Shown here one piece after another: positions 55,504 through 64,000 of a DNA stretch of 64,000 nucleotides (position 1 is the first letter of the stretch; each line of letters starts with the position of its first letter). The translations under genes were made by a program, and so were the position numbers. Under the pieces are notes generated by a model. The model did not search any database, had not been told where the DNA came from, and saw only the letters and a list, made by a program, of their open reading frames with translations. The stretch is from positions 1,088,001 through 1,152,000 of the forward strand of contig CAVWLP010000002.1 of assembly GCA_963755915.1 (NCBI GenBank), given 5' to 3'. Origin of the DNA: an uncultured Phycisphaerales bacterium (GTDB taxonomy: Bacteria > Planctomycetota > Phycisphaerae > Tepidisphaerales > Tepidisphaeraceae).

Positions 55504-56106
55504 AGCGATGGTGCGATAGGGCCGCCATTTATCCGCCAGCTTTATGAACTGTTTTGCCTTGGGCATCCCCTTTAATCCATAAGCCTGTTTCGCCGCGCGC
55601 TGAAGTCCCAGGTCATCGACCGGCAAAACGTCGGGGCGGTTGAGGACGAAGATCAGGAACATCTCCGCTGTCCACCGGCCGATGCCTTTCACTGCGGTTA
55701 ATCTTTTGATGATCTCCTCATCATCGAGGCGCGAGAGGCGATGATTTGGGATGGCATTGCTGAGGAAATGTTGGGAGAGATCGATCAGGTAGGCCTTTTT
55801 CTGGCGCGAGAGGCCGGTTCCTTTGAGTTGGGCGTCGGCGCCGGTAGTGAGAAGATCGAAAACGCGCTGGGGCGTGGGCCGGCGGCGGGGGAAATGTTCG
55901 CGGAACCGCCCGAAGAGAACATTGGCGACGGTGCTGGATATCTGCTGGGAATAAATCGATTTGCAGAGCAGTACGAAGTGGTCGCGGCGGGGGCGCAGGG
56001 TGCAGGGGCCGATCGCGCTGATGATCCGGCGCATGGTAGGATCCTGCTGGAGATGGCGGCGGGCGGCGGCCCAGTCGGGGTCGGTCATATTCGGCCGGGT
56101 TTCCAT
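55456..56106 (-). CDS. alkA: DNA-3-methyladenine glycosylase (AlkA family)
   Basis: SIYSQQIS, GLSRQK, HhH motif VKGIGRWTAEMFLIF, PVDDLG, WRPYRT.A..YLW. Confidence 0.9.
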   Translation of the reverse strand: METRPNMTDPDWAAARRHLQQDPTMRRIISAIGPCTLRPRRDHFVLLCKSIYSQQISSTVANVLFGRFREHFPRRRPTPQRVFDLLTTGADAQLKGTGLSRQKKAYLIDLSQHFLSNAIPNHRLSRLDDEEIIKRLTAVKGIGRWTAEMFLIFVLNRPDVLPVDDLGLQRAAKQAYGLKGMPKAKQFIKLADKWRPYRTIASWYLWHAADGDDAGW

Positions 56107-56172
56107 TTAATGGACAGGGGCATGGGCAAACCCTTACAATTGCTTATCTGAACGGAACAATAAGGAGCCGGT

Positions 56173-56652
56173 ATGCGCCCCCCGCTGAAATTGAGTTCGA
56201 TCGATCAGGAGCATTTGCAGGAGTTATACAACGAGGCGGGGATCGCGCGGGATGAATTGCCCTATTCCCCGGCGTTTGATTCGATTTGTCAGGGATTTCA
56301 GGACCGTACCTTCAAAAATGCCCATCCCGAGCAGGTTTTCCTTGCGATCACGAAATATGTGCGCAGCGGGACCAACTCCGCCGGGGAGGCCGCGGCGCAT
56401 TTGCTAAACGACGAGCAGGTGAAGCAACTGAAGGGTCTGCTGCCCCGGCATACCAAAGGGGGAAAGCTGATCCCCTACAGCGATGAATTCGAGGCGGTGC
56501 AGAAGGAATTCAATAAACTCGCAGCGATGGAGTTGGCGGCGGGGGATTTCTGGAGGGCGGTGCTGCAATCGCATGGCCCCAAACGGCGTCCGCCGAAGCG
56601 CGCGAAGGTTACAGCGCCGCCGGTTGAAGATGACGACAGCGATATTGAATAG
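56173..56652 (+). CDS. Hypothetical protein made of two related helical units
   Basis: DELPYSPAFDSIC..F and LIPYSDEFEAV..EF repeats; SD AAGGAG. Confidence 0.8.
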   Translation: MRPPLKLSSIDQEHLQELYNEAGIARDELPYSPAFDSICQGFQDRTFKNAHPEQVFLAITKYVRSGTNSAGEAAAHLLNDEQVKQLKGLLPRHTKGGKLIPYSDEFEAVQKEFNKLAAMELAAGDFWRAVLQSHGPKRRPPKRAKVTAPPVEDDDSDIE

Positions 56653-56692
56653 CGTTTTAAGTCTTTCAATTTAAAGCAATTATAATTCGTTC

Positions 56693-56734
56693 TTGACCGT
56701 ATTGGTCTATTTATCTATAGATTAGTAGGAATTT
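56693..56734 (+). promoter_or_regulatory. Promoter with a putative Rrf2-family operator
   Basis: TTGACC -35 followed by AT-rich TATCTATAGATTAGTAGGAATT, resembling CymR/IscR-type sites. Confidence 0.45.
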
Positions 56735-56743
56735 TATCTCCCC

Positions 56744-59009
56744 ATGGCATCGCAGAATTGGAAAGAAAAGCTCGGAAGTCGTGTCCCCGCAGGGTGGGGG
56801 AAGAGATCGACCTGTTTGAGGCGCAGATCGCGCTTCGGAAGCAGGGGAAAATCGAAGACAAGGTTTTCGCCGAGACGCGCCTGCGGCGCGGGGCGTATGG
56901 GCAGCGGTATGACAATGGGCAGCGGCATGATGGGACCAAGACGCAGAAGCTGCCGTACAGCTCGCTGACCAAGGGGCCGGATACGTACTGGGAAGCGCCG
57001 GGGATGCAACGGATCAAGATTCCCTATGGGGGAATGAATCCGGAGCAGATGATCGTTCTGGCGGAGCTGGCGGAAGAATATGCCGACGCCATCTGCCATA
57101 TCACCACCCGGCAGGACATTCAGCTTCATTTTATAAGCATCGACGACACACCGGATATGTTCCGTAGGCTGGCGGCGGTGGGGATCACCACGCGGGAAGC
57201 CTGCGGAAATTCGGTGCGGAATGTGACGGCCTGCCCACTGGCGGGGGTTTGCAATACGGAGGCGTTTGACGTTACGCCTTATGCGAAGGCGCTGGCGTTT
57301 TATCTGCTGGGGCATCGGGACATCCAGGATTTCGGGCGGAAATTCAAAATCGCCCTTTCGGGTTGCGAGGATGAGGCATGCGCCTGGTTTCGCTGCACGA
57401 CCTGGGCGGGATCGCGGCGACGAAAATCATTGCCGGCAAGACGGTGCGCGGGTTCAAGCTTTATGTGGGCGGCGGGCTGGGGGCGGTGCCGCACCAGGCG
57501 AAATTGTTTGACGAATTCGTGCACGAGGAAGAGTTGCTGCCGCTCTCACGGGCGATTGGGCGCGTGTTTGCCCGGCTGGGGGAGAAGAAGAACCGCAACA
57601 AGGCTCGGTTGAAATTCCTGGTGCATAAGCTGGGGATCGACGAATTCCGCCGGCTGGTCATTGAAGAGCGCAAGACGATGCCGGACGATCCGACCTGGCG
57701 GGAGCATTTTGATCAGATTCCGAAATTTGAGGAGAAGCCGGCACTGGCGGCGGTGCAATTAAACGGCGCGCGGCGGCCGGAGGGATACGACCGGTGGGCG
57801 GCGACGAACCTCTATCAGCAGCGGCAGGCGGGGTATTACGTGGTGACCGTTACCTGCCCGCTGGGGGATTTGACGTCCGACCAGATGCGGGCGCTGGCGG
57901 ATATCTCGCGAAGATATGCCGGCGGTAACGCGCGGACGACCGTGGAGCAGAACATCGTTCTGCGATGGATTCCACATAACAAGACGATCGATCTGTACAA
58001 CGAACTGGCTGCGCTCGGCCTCAATGAGCCCGGCGCGGGAACGATCGTGGATGTCGTCGCTTGCCCGGGCACCGATACGTGCAAGCTCGGGATCGCCTCT
58101 TCGCGCGGATTGGCGGGAGAGCTGCGGCATCGGCTGGCAGCCAAGAGCGCGACGATGGATCGGGCGATTCAGAGTTTACGGATCAAAGTTTCGGGCTGCT
58201 TTAACTCTTGCGGGCAGCACCATGCGGCGGACATTGGGTTTTACGGGAACAGCCGGAATATTAATGGGTATACCGTGCCGCATTTCCAGGTGATGCTTGG
58301 GGGGCAGTGGTCGAAGAACGCCGGGAGCTATGCGCTGGCGATGGGATCGGTGCCTTCGCGGCGGGTGCCGGATCTGGTGGATCGATTGACGAGCCGATAT
58401 ATCAGCGAGCGAAATGGGGAGGAATCTTTCCAGGCCTTCTGCCAGCGGATTGGGAAGCAGGCGCTGAAGGGGATCGTGAACGAGTTCACGGCGGTTCCGC
58501 TGCACAAGGACGATCCGTCGTTTTACAGCGACTGGGGCGACCCGCGGGAATTCACGATCGGAGACATGGGCGTCGGCGAGTGTGCCGGCGAGATCGTTTC
58601 TCTGGCCCAGTTTGGATTCACGCAGGCGGAGGGTGAGGCGTTTGACGCCCAACTCCTGCTGGATGCGGGGAATTATCAGCAGGCGGATGAGAAGGCGTAC
58701 CAGGCGATGGTGACGGCAGCCAAGACGCTCGTGCAGCTTCAATGGCTCGACGTGCCGAATGAGGCGAACCTGATCGTGGAGGAGTTCCGCAAGCGCTTCG
58801 TGGAGCCGAAGATTTTCTGGGATACGTACCATCACGGGCAGTTTGCGAATTACCTGCTGAACCGGCACGAATCGCCGGACACGCGGTATACGAAGGAGAC
58901 GGCGCACAAACTGGTGGAAGAGGCGAATTTGTTTATCGACGCGGCGTATAAATGCCAGGCGAAGATTGAGGCGAGTGCCGCGAGCGCGGTTCAAGTTCCC
59001 ACGACCTGA
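56744..59009 (+). CDS. Ferredoxin-type sulfite/nitrite reductase with a C-terminal HEPN-like domain (two frameshifts)
   Basis: RLRRGAYGQR, HITTRQDIQ, ACGNSVRNVTACP, ACPGTDTCKLG, SGCFNSCGQH, and C-terminal AYQAM..AAK.L. Confidence 0.92.
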
Positions 59010-59015
59010 TAAACC

Positions 59016-59585
59016 ATGGAAGTCTATAAGATAGCTGTGAAGATTTTCGCGGCCGCGGACGATTTCGCGCCGGATCAGTTCGTGCCGATTTTTCAGCGGT
59101 GGATCCAGGAGCAATCTGTCGAGGGGCATCGGCTGATTGACGTGGCGGATTATGGGCATGTGGCCGCGGGGCCGGGGACAGTTCTCGTCAGTTCCGAAGC
59201 GAATTTTTACACCGATCGGGGGGAGAATCGGCTGGGGCTTTTGTATTCGCGGAAGCTGCCGATGGCGGGGACGTTTCAGGAGCGGCTGTGCGCGGCGGTG
59301 AGGGATACGCTGAAGGCCGCGGCGAAACTGGAAGCGGAGCCGGGGCTGAAGGGGAAGCTGAAATTCAAAACGGACGAGTTGGTGATTCGGCTGAACGATC
59401 GATTGCTGGCGCCGCCCAACGAGCAGACGGTGGCCGCGGCCAAGGGGGATATTGAGGCGGTGGCGAAGTCGGTGCTGGGGAACGGTGCGACCGTTGAATC
59501 TCGTGTGACGCCGCTGACGATGGTCGAATTTCGGATTCGCTCGAAAGAGAGCCTGCCGATTTCGGGGTTGCTGACGAAGGTTTAA
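59016..59585 (+). CDS. Conserved hypothetical protein co-transcribed with the reductase
   Basis: F.RWIQ, LIDVADY.HV..GPG.VLV, NDRLLAP. Confidence 0.8.
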   Translation: MEVYKIAVKIFAAADDFAPDQFVPIFQRWIQEQSVEGHRLIDVADYGHVAAGPGTVLVSSEANFYTDRGENRLGLLYSRKLPMAGTFQERLCAAVRDTLKAAAKLEAEPGLKGKLKFKTDELVIRLNDRLLAPPNEQTVAAAKGDIEAVAKSVLGNGATVESRVTPLTMVEFRIRSKESLPISGLLTKV

Positions 59586-60166
59586 TCGGGGGCAAGAGCT
59601 CGCTCCACGAGCTGTCTGGCATCGGGGGAAAGAGGTAGCTTCAGGGCGGCCTCATGGGCGAGGGGGGACATTTTCTTCCAGGTGCGGCGAAGGATGGTGA
59701 TGATTTTTTCCTCGTCGTGCTTGGGGGCAAAATCGGTGAAATAGTTTTCCAGAAAGACCAGGCAGGCGATGTCCTCGAGCATCTGTGTCTGTGGGTCGGT
59801 CTTCAGTTTTTCTTTTTTCAATAGCGAGCGGACGCGGGCGATGGTGGGCTCGTCGTAGCCGACGGAGCGGAGGATTTCAGCCGCGGTATCGGCGTGGAAG
59901 GTGTAGAGGGCGGTTCGCCACTGGTGGTATCCGGCGCGGGTTATGGGATAGGACGATCTGGGGATGGTCCAGCGGCGGATGTGCTGGGTGCGGGCGGCGA
60001 GATGGAGAGTCTCATCGGCATCCGGATAAAGGCGGGTAAGGCAATCGGTCATGCGGCGAGCGTAGAGAAGTTCGGCGGGGTGGCCGTCAGTTTGGTTTGG
60101 ATCCTGGGCGTTGGCCGCGTCGAAGGCGGCGATGGCGGCGGGGAATTTATCGGATCGATCAGGCAT
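59582..60166 (-). CDS. DUF4202 domain protein (HD-like)
   Basis: DAANAQDP, LAARTQHIRRW.IPR..YP..RAGY..WR, LEDIACLVFL, TWKKMS. Confidence 0.9.
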   Translation of the reverse strand: MPDRSDKFPAAIAAFDAANAQDPNQTDGHPAELLYARRMTDCLTRLYPDADETLHLAARTQHIRRWTIPRSSYPITRAGYHQWRTALYTFHADTAAEILRSVGYDEPTIARVRSLLKKEKLKTDPQTQMLEDIACLVFLENYFTDFAPKHDEEKIITILRRTWKKMSPLAHEAALKLPLSPDARQLVERALAPD

Positions 60167-60812
60167 CTGCGACTGGATTATAGGTTTGGGATTTGGCTTT
60201 GCGCTCGTGGAGAATGCTGAGGAAGCTAAAGATCGCGCCGAGAGCGCCGCCGACGTATCCGCCGAGGTGGATGCCGTAGACGGCCATGAAGCGGTGGGGA
60301 CGCCAGAGGTCTGCAGCGGCGAGGTTTTGGAAATCGGGGCTTAGGGAGTTGAGGAGAAATTTGGAGCCGGCGAGGCCGAGGATCAGTGAGGCGACGATGG
60401 CGATGACCAGGACGTGCCACAATCTGATGGCGAGGCGAGTATAGGTCAATTGCGGTCCGCGACGGCCGGGGTTGTTGGCGACGAGCATGACGGCGCCGAT
60501 AACGAGGGCGGCCCACCAACTGGCCTCGGCGCCGATGCGGGCGGCCTGTAGGCCCAGGGCTGCGGGGTCGGGCGGGGTTTGGGGGCCGAGGATGGGGCTG
60601 AGTTCTTTGCCGTAGTAGAAATATTCCCAGGAGATTCGGGAAGTGATCTGGTCGTTGAGCATTCCATATGCGCTGGCGACGGCGACGCAGAGGAGGAGGA
60701 AGAGGTATTCGCGCCAGCGGGTGGATTGGGGGCCTTTCTGGAGGTAATCCGCGATCGCGAGGGCGATGAGGATGGCGAGGCAGATGGAGATGCGCAGGGG
60801 GGAGGAGTTCAT
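60159..60812 (-). CDS. Membrane hypothetical protein
   Basis: YG..NDQIT.RIS.EYF…K, A.WW, F..V.GIH.G.Y.GG. Confidence 0.75.
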   Translation of the reverse strand: MNSSPLRISICLAILIALAIADYLQKGPQSTRWREYLFLLLCVAVASAYGMLNDQITSRISWEYFYYGKELSPILGPQTPPDPAALGLQAARIGAEASWWAALVIGAVMLVANNPGRRGPQLTYTRLAIRLWHVLVIAIVASLILGLAGSKFLLNSLSPDFQNLAAADLWRPHRFMAVYGIHLGGYVGGALGAIFSFLSILHERKAKSQTYNPVADA

Positions 60813-60821
60813 TCGTAAACT

Positions 60822-61227
60822 CTAGGGCGACCGGAAAACACCATCTTCCATGGGCTTTTTTGCGCATTGCGACTTGGTGGGTCCCGTTGATGTCCAAAGT
60901 TATGACGGTTGCTCTGCCGATCGGCGTTATTCCTGCGACGATAAAATCGTTCCAGGCAAAGTGCTGGTTCCAGTCGTCCTGGCGGGGATTAAACAGTCTA
61001 ACAAGCTGTTTGGTTTGGGGATCGATGCCGGCGATATTTGGACCCTTGCGGCGATTACAGTCGCCGCATGACAGTGCCAAGTTTTCCGGTACGTCGGTAC
61101 CGCCATGTTGCCTGGCGATAATATGATCAATGCTAAATTTAAGTTTGCTCAGGGATTGAGGCAGGCGGCAATACTCGCATCTATCAGAGGTGCGCCGGCG
61201 AACTTCCTGTTCGATCGCCAAGTTCAT
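60822..61227 (-). CDS. HNH endonuclease (putative toxin; frameshift ~60855)
   Basis: RCEYC, IDHIIARQHGG, NLALSC..CN..KGPN, LFNPR.D.W..HF.W, TPIGRAT. Confidence 0.88.
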
Positions 61228-61234
61228 GCGATCT

Positions 61235-61501
61235 TTATGCAGCGGAGTTGTGCTTCTTGAGCGAAGTGTGCGCCTTGGATTGCAAAACCGAAAGAAAGGC
61301 GTTCAGCGTTAAGAAATCGTCGATTTCATGCTCTTCATCTTTGGTCAGCGTGCCTTCCTGAGACTTTGCGGCAAGCTCGTCATAGCGAGCGTGTTCATCC
61401 GGAGTAAAATCAATCGAAAGTAAGTACTGAGCAAGTTCCTCCGAAAACCCGCCTTGCTGAGGGTCCATGATACGCTCAAGGATGTTCGCTCTCGTTGCCA
61501 C
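61235..61501 (-). CDS. Small helical protein upstream of the HNH gene (putative antitoxin)
   Basis: LA.YLL..DF…R..EL..K..EGTLT..E..E.D pattern. Confidence 0.75.
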   Translation of the reverse strand: MATRANILERIMDPQQGGFSEELAQYLLSIDFTPDEHARYDELAAKSQEGTLTKDEEHEIDDFLTLNAFLSVLQSKAHTSLKKHNSAA

Positions 61502-61554
61502 GATTTCATTCTACCATACGGCAAACTCTCGGCCAGATTTACAGCGGGAGAAAT

Positions 61555-61665
61555 TCACGCCATGACAATGTGGTCGCGTTTACAGGTGACGGCGCGGGTT
61601 GCCCCGCGGGTGTCGATGATCAGCCTGGCACGGTGGGCGATCATCTTCAAGTTGTTGCCGGTGTG
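61555..61665 (-). repeat. Diverged copy of the nucleotide-sugar dehydrogenase 3' end (62121-62231)
   Basis: Ungapped hand alignment gives 75/90 identical over the terminal 90 nt. It encodes …MIAHRARLIIDTRGATRAVTCKRDHIVMA*. Confidence 0.9.
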
Positions 61666-61985
61666 CCCGTTGAATGGGGGGCTCTGAAGAGGACGAAACA
61701 GCGGCCTCCGTTGTTAACCATGCTGACCTGAAGGATGGTTCCACGGTGGCTGAAAATCACCGGGAAATCGACCAGGCCGTGCTTGCTGTAGAGATCCATA
61801 TTGTCCGTACCGGCGACGGACTGCATGAGGTTCAGGATGTCGTTGGAGGTGAGTTTTGGGATTTCGAGCTTTCGCATGCGGTCTTCGATGCGCAGGACAG
61901 GCGATTGGCCTGCCAGAAGCCATCCCTCGATGGCGTTACTGTTGAGCATCGTTTCGTAGAATCGTTCGATTTGAAAGTCGGGCAT
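61647..61985 (-). CDS. PilT N-terminal-domain-only protein (truncated)
   Basis: L.AGQSPVLRI…RKL….LT..DI..L, G.VDF, V.FR. No ATPase domain follows. Confidence 0.6.
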   Translation of the reverse strand: MPDFQIERFYETMLNSNAIEGWLLAGQSPVLRIEDRMRKLEIPKLTSNDILNLMQSVAGTDNMDLYSKHGLVDFPVIFSHRGTILQVSMVNNGGRCFVLFRAPHSTGTPATT

Positions 61986-62060
61986 AGCAATTATGACGCT
62001 TCCAGGACGTGGATCTTCCACAGATCTCGACGCGTTGTCATCACTTTTGATTCTAGCATA

Positions 62061-62108
62061 GGCCCTCACCCCTACCCTCTCCCAGAGTACTGGGCGAGGG
62101 GGAAGGAG
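62061..62108. repeat. Palindromic repeat copy 3
   Basis: GGCCCTCACCCCTACCCTCTCCCAGAGTACTGGGCGAGGGGGAAG. Confidence 0.85.
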
Positions 62109-62120
62109 GGGAAATATTTC

Positions 62121-63431
62121 TCATGCCATCACGATGTGGTCGCGTTTGCCGGTGACGGTGCGGGTTGCGCCGCGGGTGTCAATGATCAATTTTGCGTGGT
62201 CGGCGATCATTTGCCAATCGTAGGCGGAGTGGTGGGTGGCGATGATGACGCAATCGTATTTCGCCAGAGATTCTGCGGTGAGCGGAACGCTGCGCATCTG
62301 GAGGTCGTAGTTGCGCATGCGGTGCGTGGCGGGGACGTGGGGGTCGTTGTATTCCACCGTCGCGCCCAGATGGCTTAGCTTTTCGATCAGCTCGAAGCTG
62401 GGGCTTTCGCGGACGTCGTCGATTTCGGGTTTGTAGGCCAGGCCGAGGATGAGAATGTTGGCGCCTTTGACGGATTTGCCGCGGTCGTTGAGGGCGAGGG
62501 TGGTGCGCTGGACGACGTAGTCGGGCATCTGGTGGTTTATTTCGCCGGCGAGCTCGATGAAGCGGGTGGGCATGCCGACTTCGTAGGCTTTCCAGGTGAG
62601 GTAGAAGGGGTCGATGGGGATGCAGTGGCCGCCGAGGCCGGGGCCGGGGTAGAAGGGCTGGAAGCCGAAGGGCTTGGTGCTGGCGGCGGCGATGACCTGC
62701 CAGATGTCGATGTTCATGGCGGTCAGGACCATCTTCATTTCGTTGACGAGTGCGATGTTGACGGCGCGGTAGATGTTTTCCAGGAGCTTGGCGGCTTCGG
62801 CGACTTCTGCGGAGGCTACCGATATGACGTGTTTGATTGCGTGCTGGTAGAGGGAAACGGCGAGATCGCAGGAGATTTCGTCGATACCGCCGACGAGCTT
62901 GGGGATGGTCTGGGTGGTGGTGTCTTTGCGGCCGGGGTCTTCGCGTTCGGGGGAGAAGGCGAGGAAAAAGTCGGAGCCGCAGTGGAGGCCGCGGGATTCG
63001 AGCTTGGGGAGGACGATCTGGCGGGTGGTGCCGGGATAGGTGGTGGATTCGAGGACGACGAGTTGGCCGGGGCGGAGGCGGCGGGCGATTTCGTCGGCGG
63101 TTTGTTCGATGTAGGTCAGGTCGGGCTCGCGATGGCTGCCGAGGGGCGTGGGGACGCAGATGATGATGGCATCGGCTTCGGGAAGGCGGGAGAACTCGAC
63201 GGTGGCGTCGAATCTGCCGGCGAGTTTCATTTCGCGAACTAAGCCTTCGCCGAGGTGCTTGAGGTAGTTTTCGCCGCGCTTGAGGGCGTCGATCTTGGCG
63301 GGGTCGATGTCGAAGCCGATGACGTGGAATCCGGCGCGGTGGAAGGCGGAGAGGAGGGGGAGTCCGACGTAGCCGAGTCCGATGATGCCGACGCGGGCGG
63401 ATTTGGTGGAGATTTTATCGGAGAGGTTCAT
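62121..63431 (-). CDS. Nucleotide-sugar (UDP-GlcNAc-type) 6-dehydrogenase
   Basis: GIIGLGYVGLPL, ICVPTP, LESTTYPGTT, SPERE, KLLEN.YR, GPGLGGHCIPIDP, DVRESP. Confidence 0.95.
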   Translation of the reverse strand: MNLSDKISTKSARVGIIGLGYVGLPLLSAFHRAGFHVIGFDIDPAKIDALKRGENYLKHLGEGLVREMKLAGRFDATVEFSRLPEADAIIICVPTPLGSHREPDLTYIEQTADEIARRLRPGQLVVLESTTYPGTTRQIVLPKLESRGLHCGSDFFLAFSPEREDPGRKDTTTQTIPKLVGGIDEISCDLAVSLYQHAIKHVISVASAEVAEAAKLLENIYRAVNIALVNEMKMVLTAMNIDIWQVIAAASTKPFGFQPFYPGPGLGGHCIPIDPFYLTWKAYEVGMPTRFIELAGEINHQMPDYVVQRTTLALNDRGKSVKGANILILGLAYKPEIDDVRESPSFELIEKLSHLGATVEYNDPHVPATHRMRNYDLQMRSVPLTAESLAKYDCVIIATHHSAYDWQMIADHAKLIIDTRGATRTVTGKRDHIVMA

Positions 63432-63496
63432 GGGGGATGTGGGTGGGGAATTATAATGGCTCGTGTTTCTCGGGCATAGGAAGGCGCCTCGCAGAA

Positions 63497-63523
63497 CGCG
63501 CCCCGCAAGCGGGGCCGCTAAAC
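63497..63523. repeat. REP-like hairpin
   Basis: CGCGCCCCGCAAGCGGGGCCGCTAAAC. Confidence 0.55.
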
Positions 63524-64000
63524 TTGGGGATGGGAGCATGATCCGGGGATCCGCGATACTGTTTGGACAGGCGGGAGGGTGTGTTGCGGAGGGGGATGTC
63601 CGAAAATGTCCGAAAGTGCCCGGGATTCGTGCGCGGTTATTTTTCTTCCCTGGGCTGGGTTTGATGATTTGGGCAAGGTCGCAGGAGAAAATGGATCGGG
63701 GATGAGGTGCATCTATATATAGGTCCAAAAGGTGTACGTTTTGTACCTATTTTGGGAAATCGGAGGATTTTATTGAAAAATTATTTGGGGTGGAGGGGCG
63801 AAGGGGATCGTCCTGATTATGCCGGTTTTGAATGTGAATTGACGAATTCATTGTCCGGATCATTCGGCAGTATCTGCTGAATTTTGTTTGGGCGTGCACC
63901 GTCCAAATGCTGATCAGATCTGGATTCTCAACCACCTCGCCGGTCGACCGCAACCGGTATACGCCCGGTTTCGCTTTTTTCAGTGCACTAGTATCGGGAG

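Noticed and set aside
63747-64000. Minus-strand ORF running off the window end
   Set aside because: It may be the 3' end of a gene, but it is too short and has no recognisable motif.

Overview
A high-GC bacterial chromosomal window, most likely Planctomycetota (Phycisphaerae/Tepidisphaeraceae-like). This is inferred from the DUF1559 pseudopilin, the LEPRxLL-type protein, the ECF sigma factor with a long C-terminal extension and the hpnCDE genes. The backbone is housekeeping: dnaA, rpmA-obgE, gcvTHP, gyrA, murJ, thiE, hpnCDE, hflX, alkA, a sulfite/nitrite reductase and a UDP-sugar dehydrogenase, plus a surface-glycosylation cluster. Many conserved genes carry single-base frameshifts that look like long-read assembly errors, so their coordinates are reconstructed across the shifts. 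The most notable observations are: (1) a fused CapRel-type toxSAS anti-phage gene that appears to be cargo of an IS1595-family element inserted just downstream of dnaA; (2) two independent loci with the layout 'gene X, palindromic repeat, truncated gene Y, diverged in-frame copy of the last ~105-110 bp of gene X'; (3) a membrane-anchored ECF sigma factor whose extracytoplasmic domain recurs three times in the neighbouring secreted protein; (4) four consecutive glycosylation enzymes that all end in Ala-Ala; (5) a candidate structured RNA between two divergent regulators; and (6) several families of small palindromic repeats that nest inside each other and inside coding sequence. No rRNA, tRNA or CRISPR array was seen.
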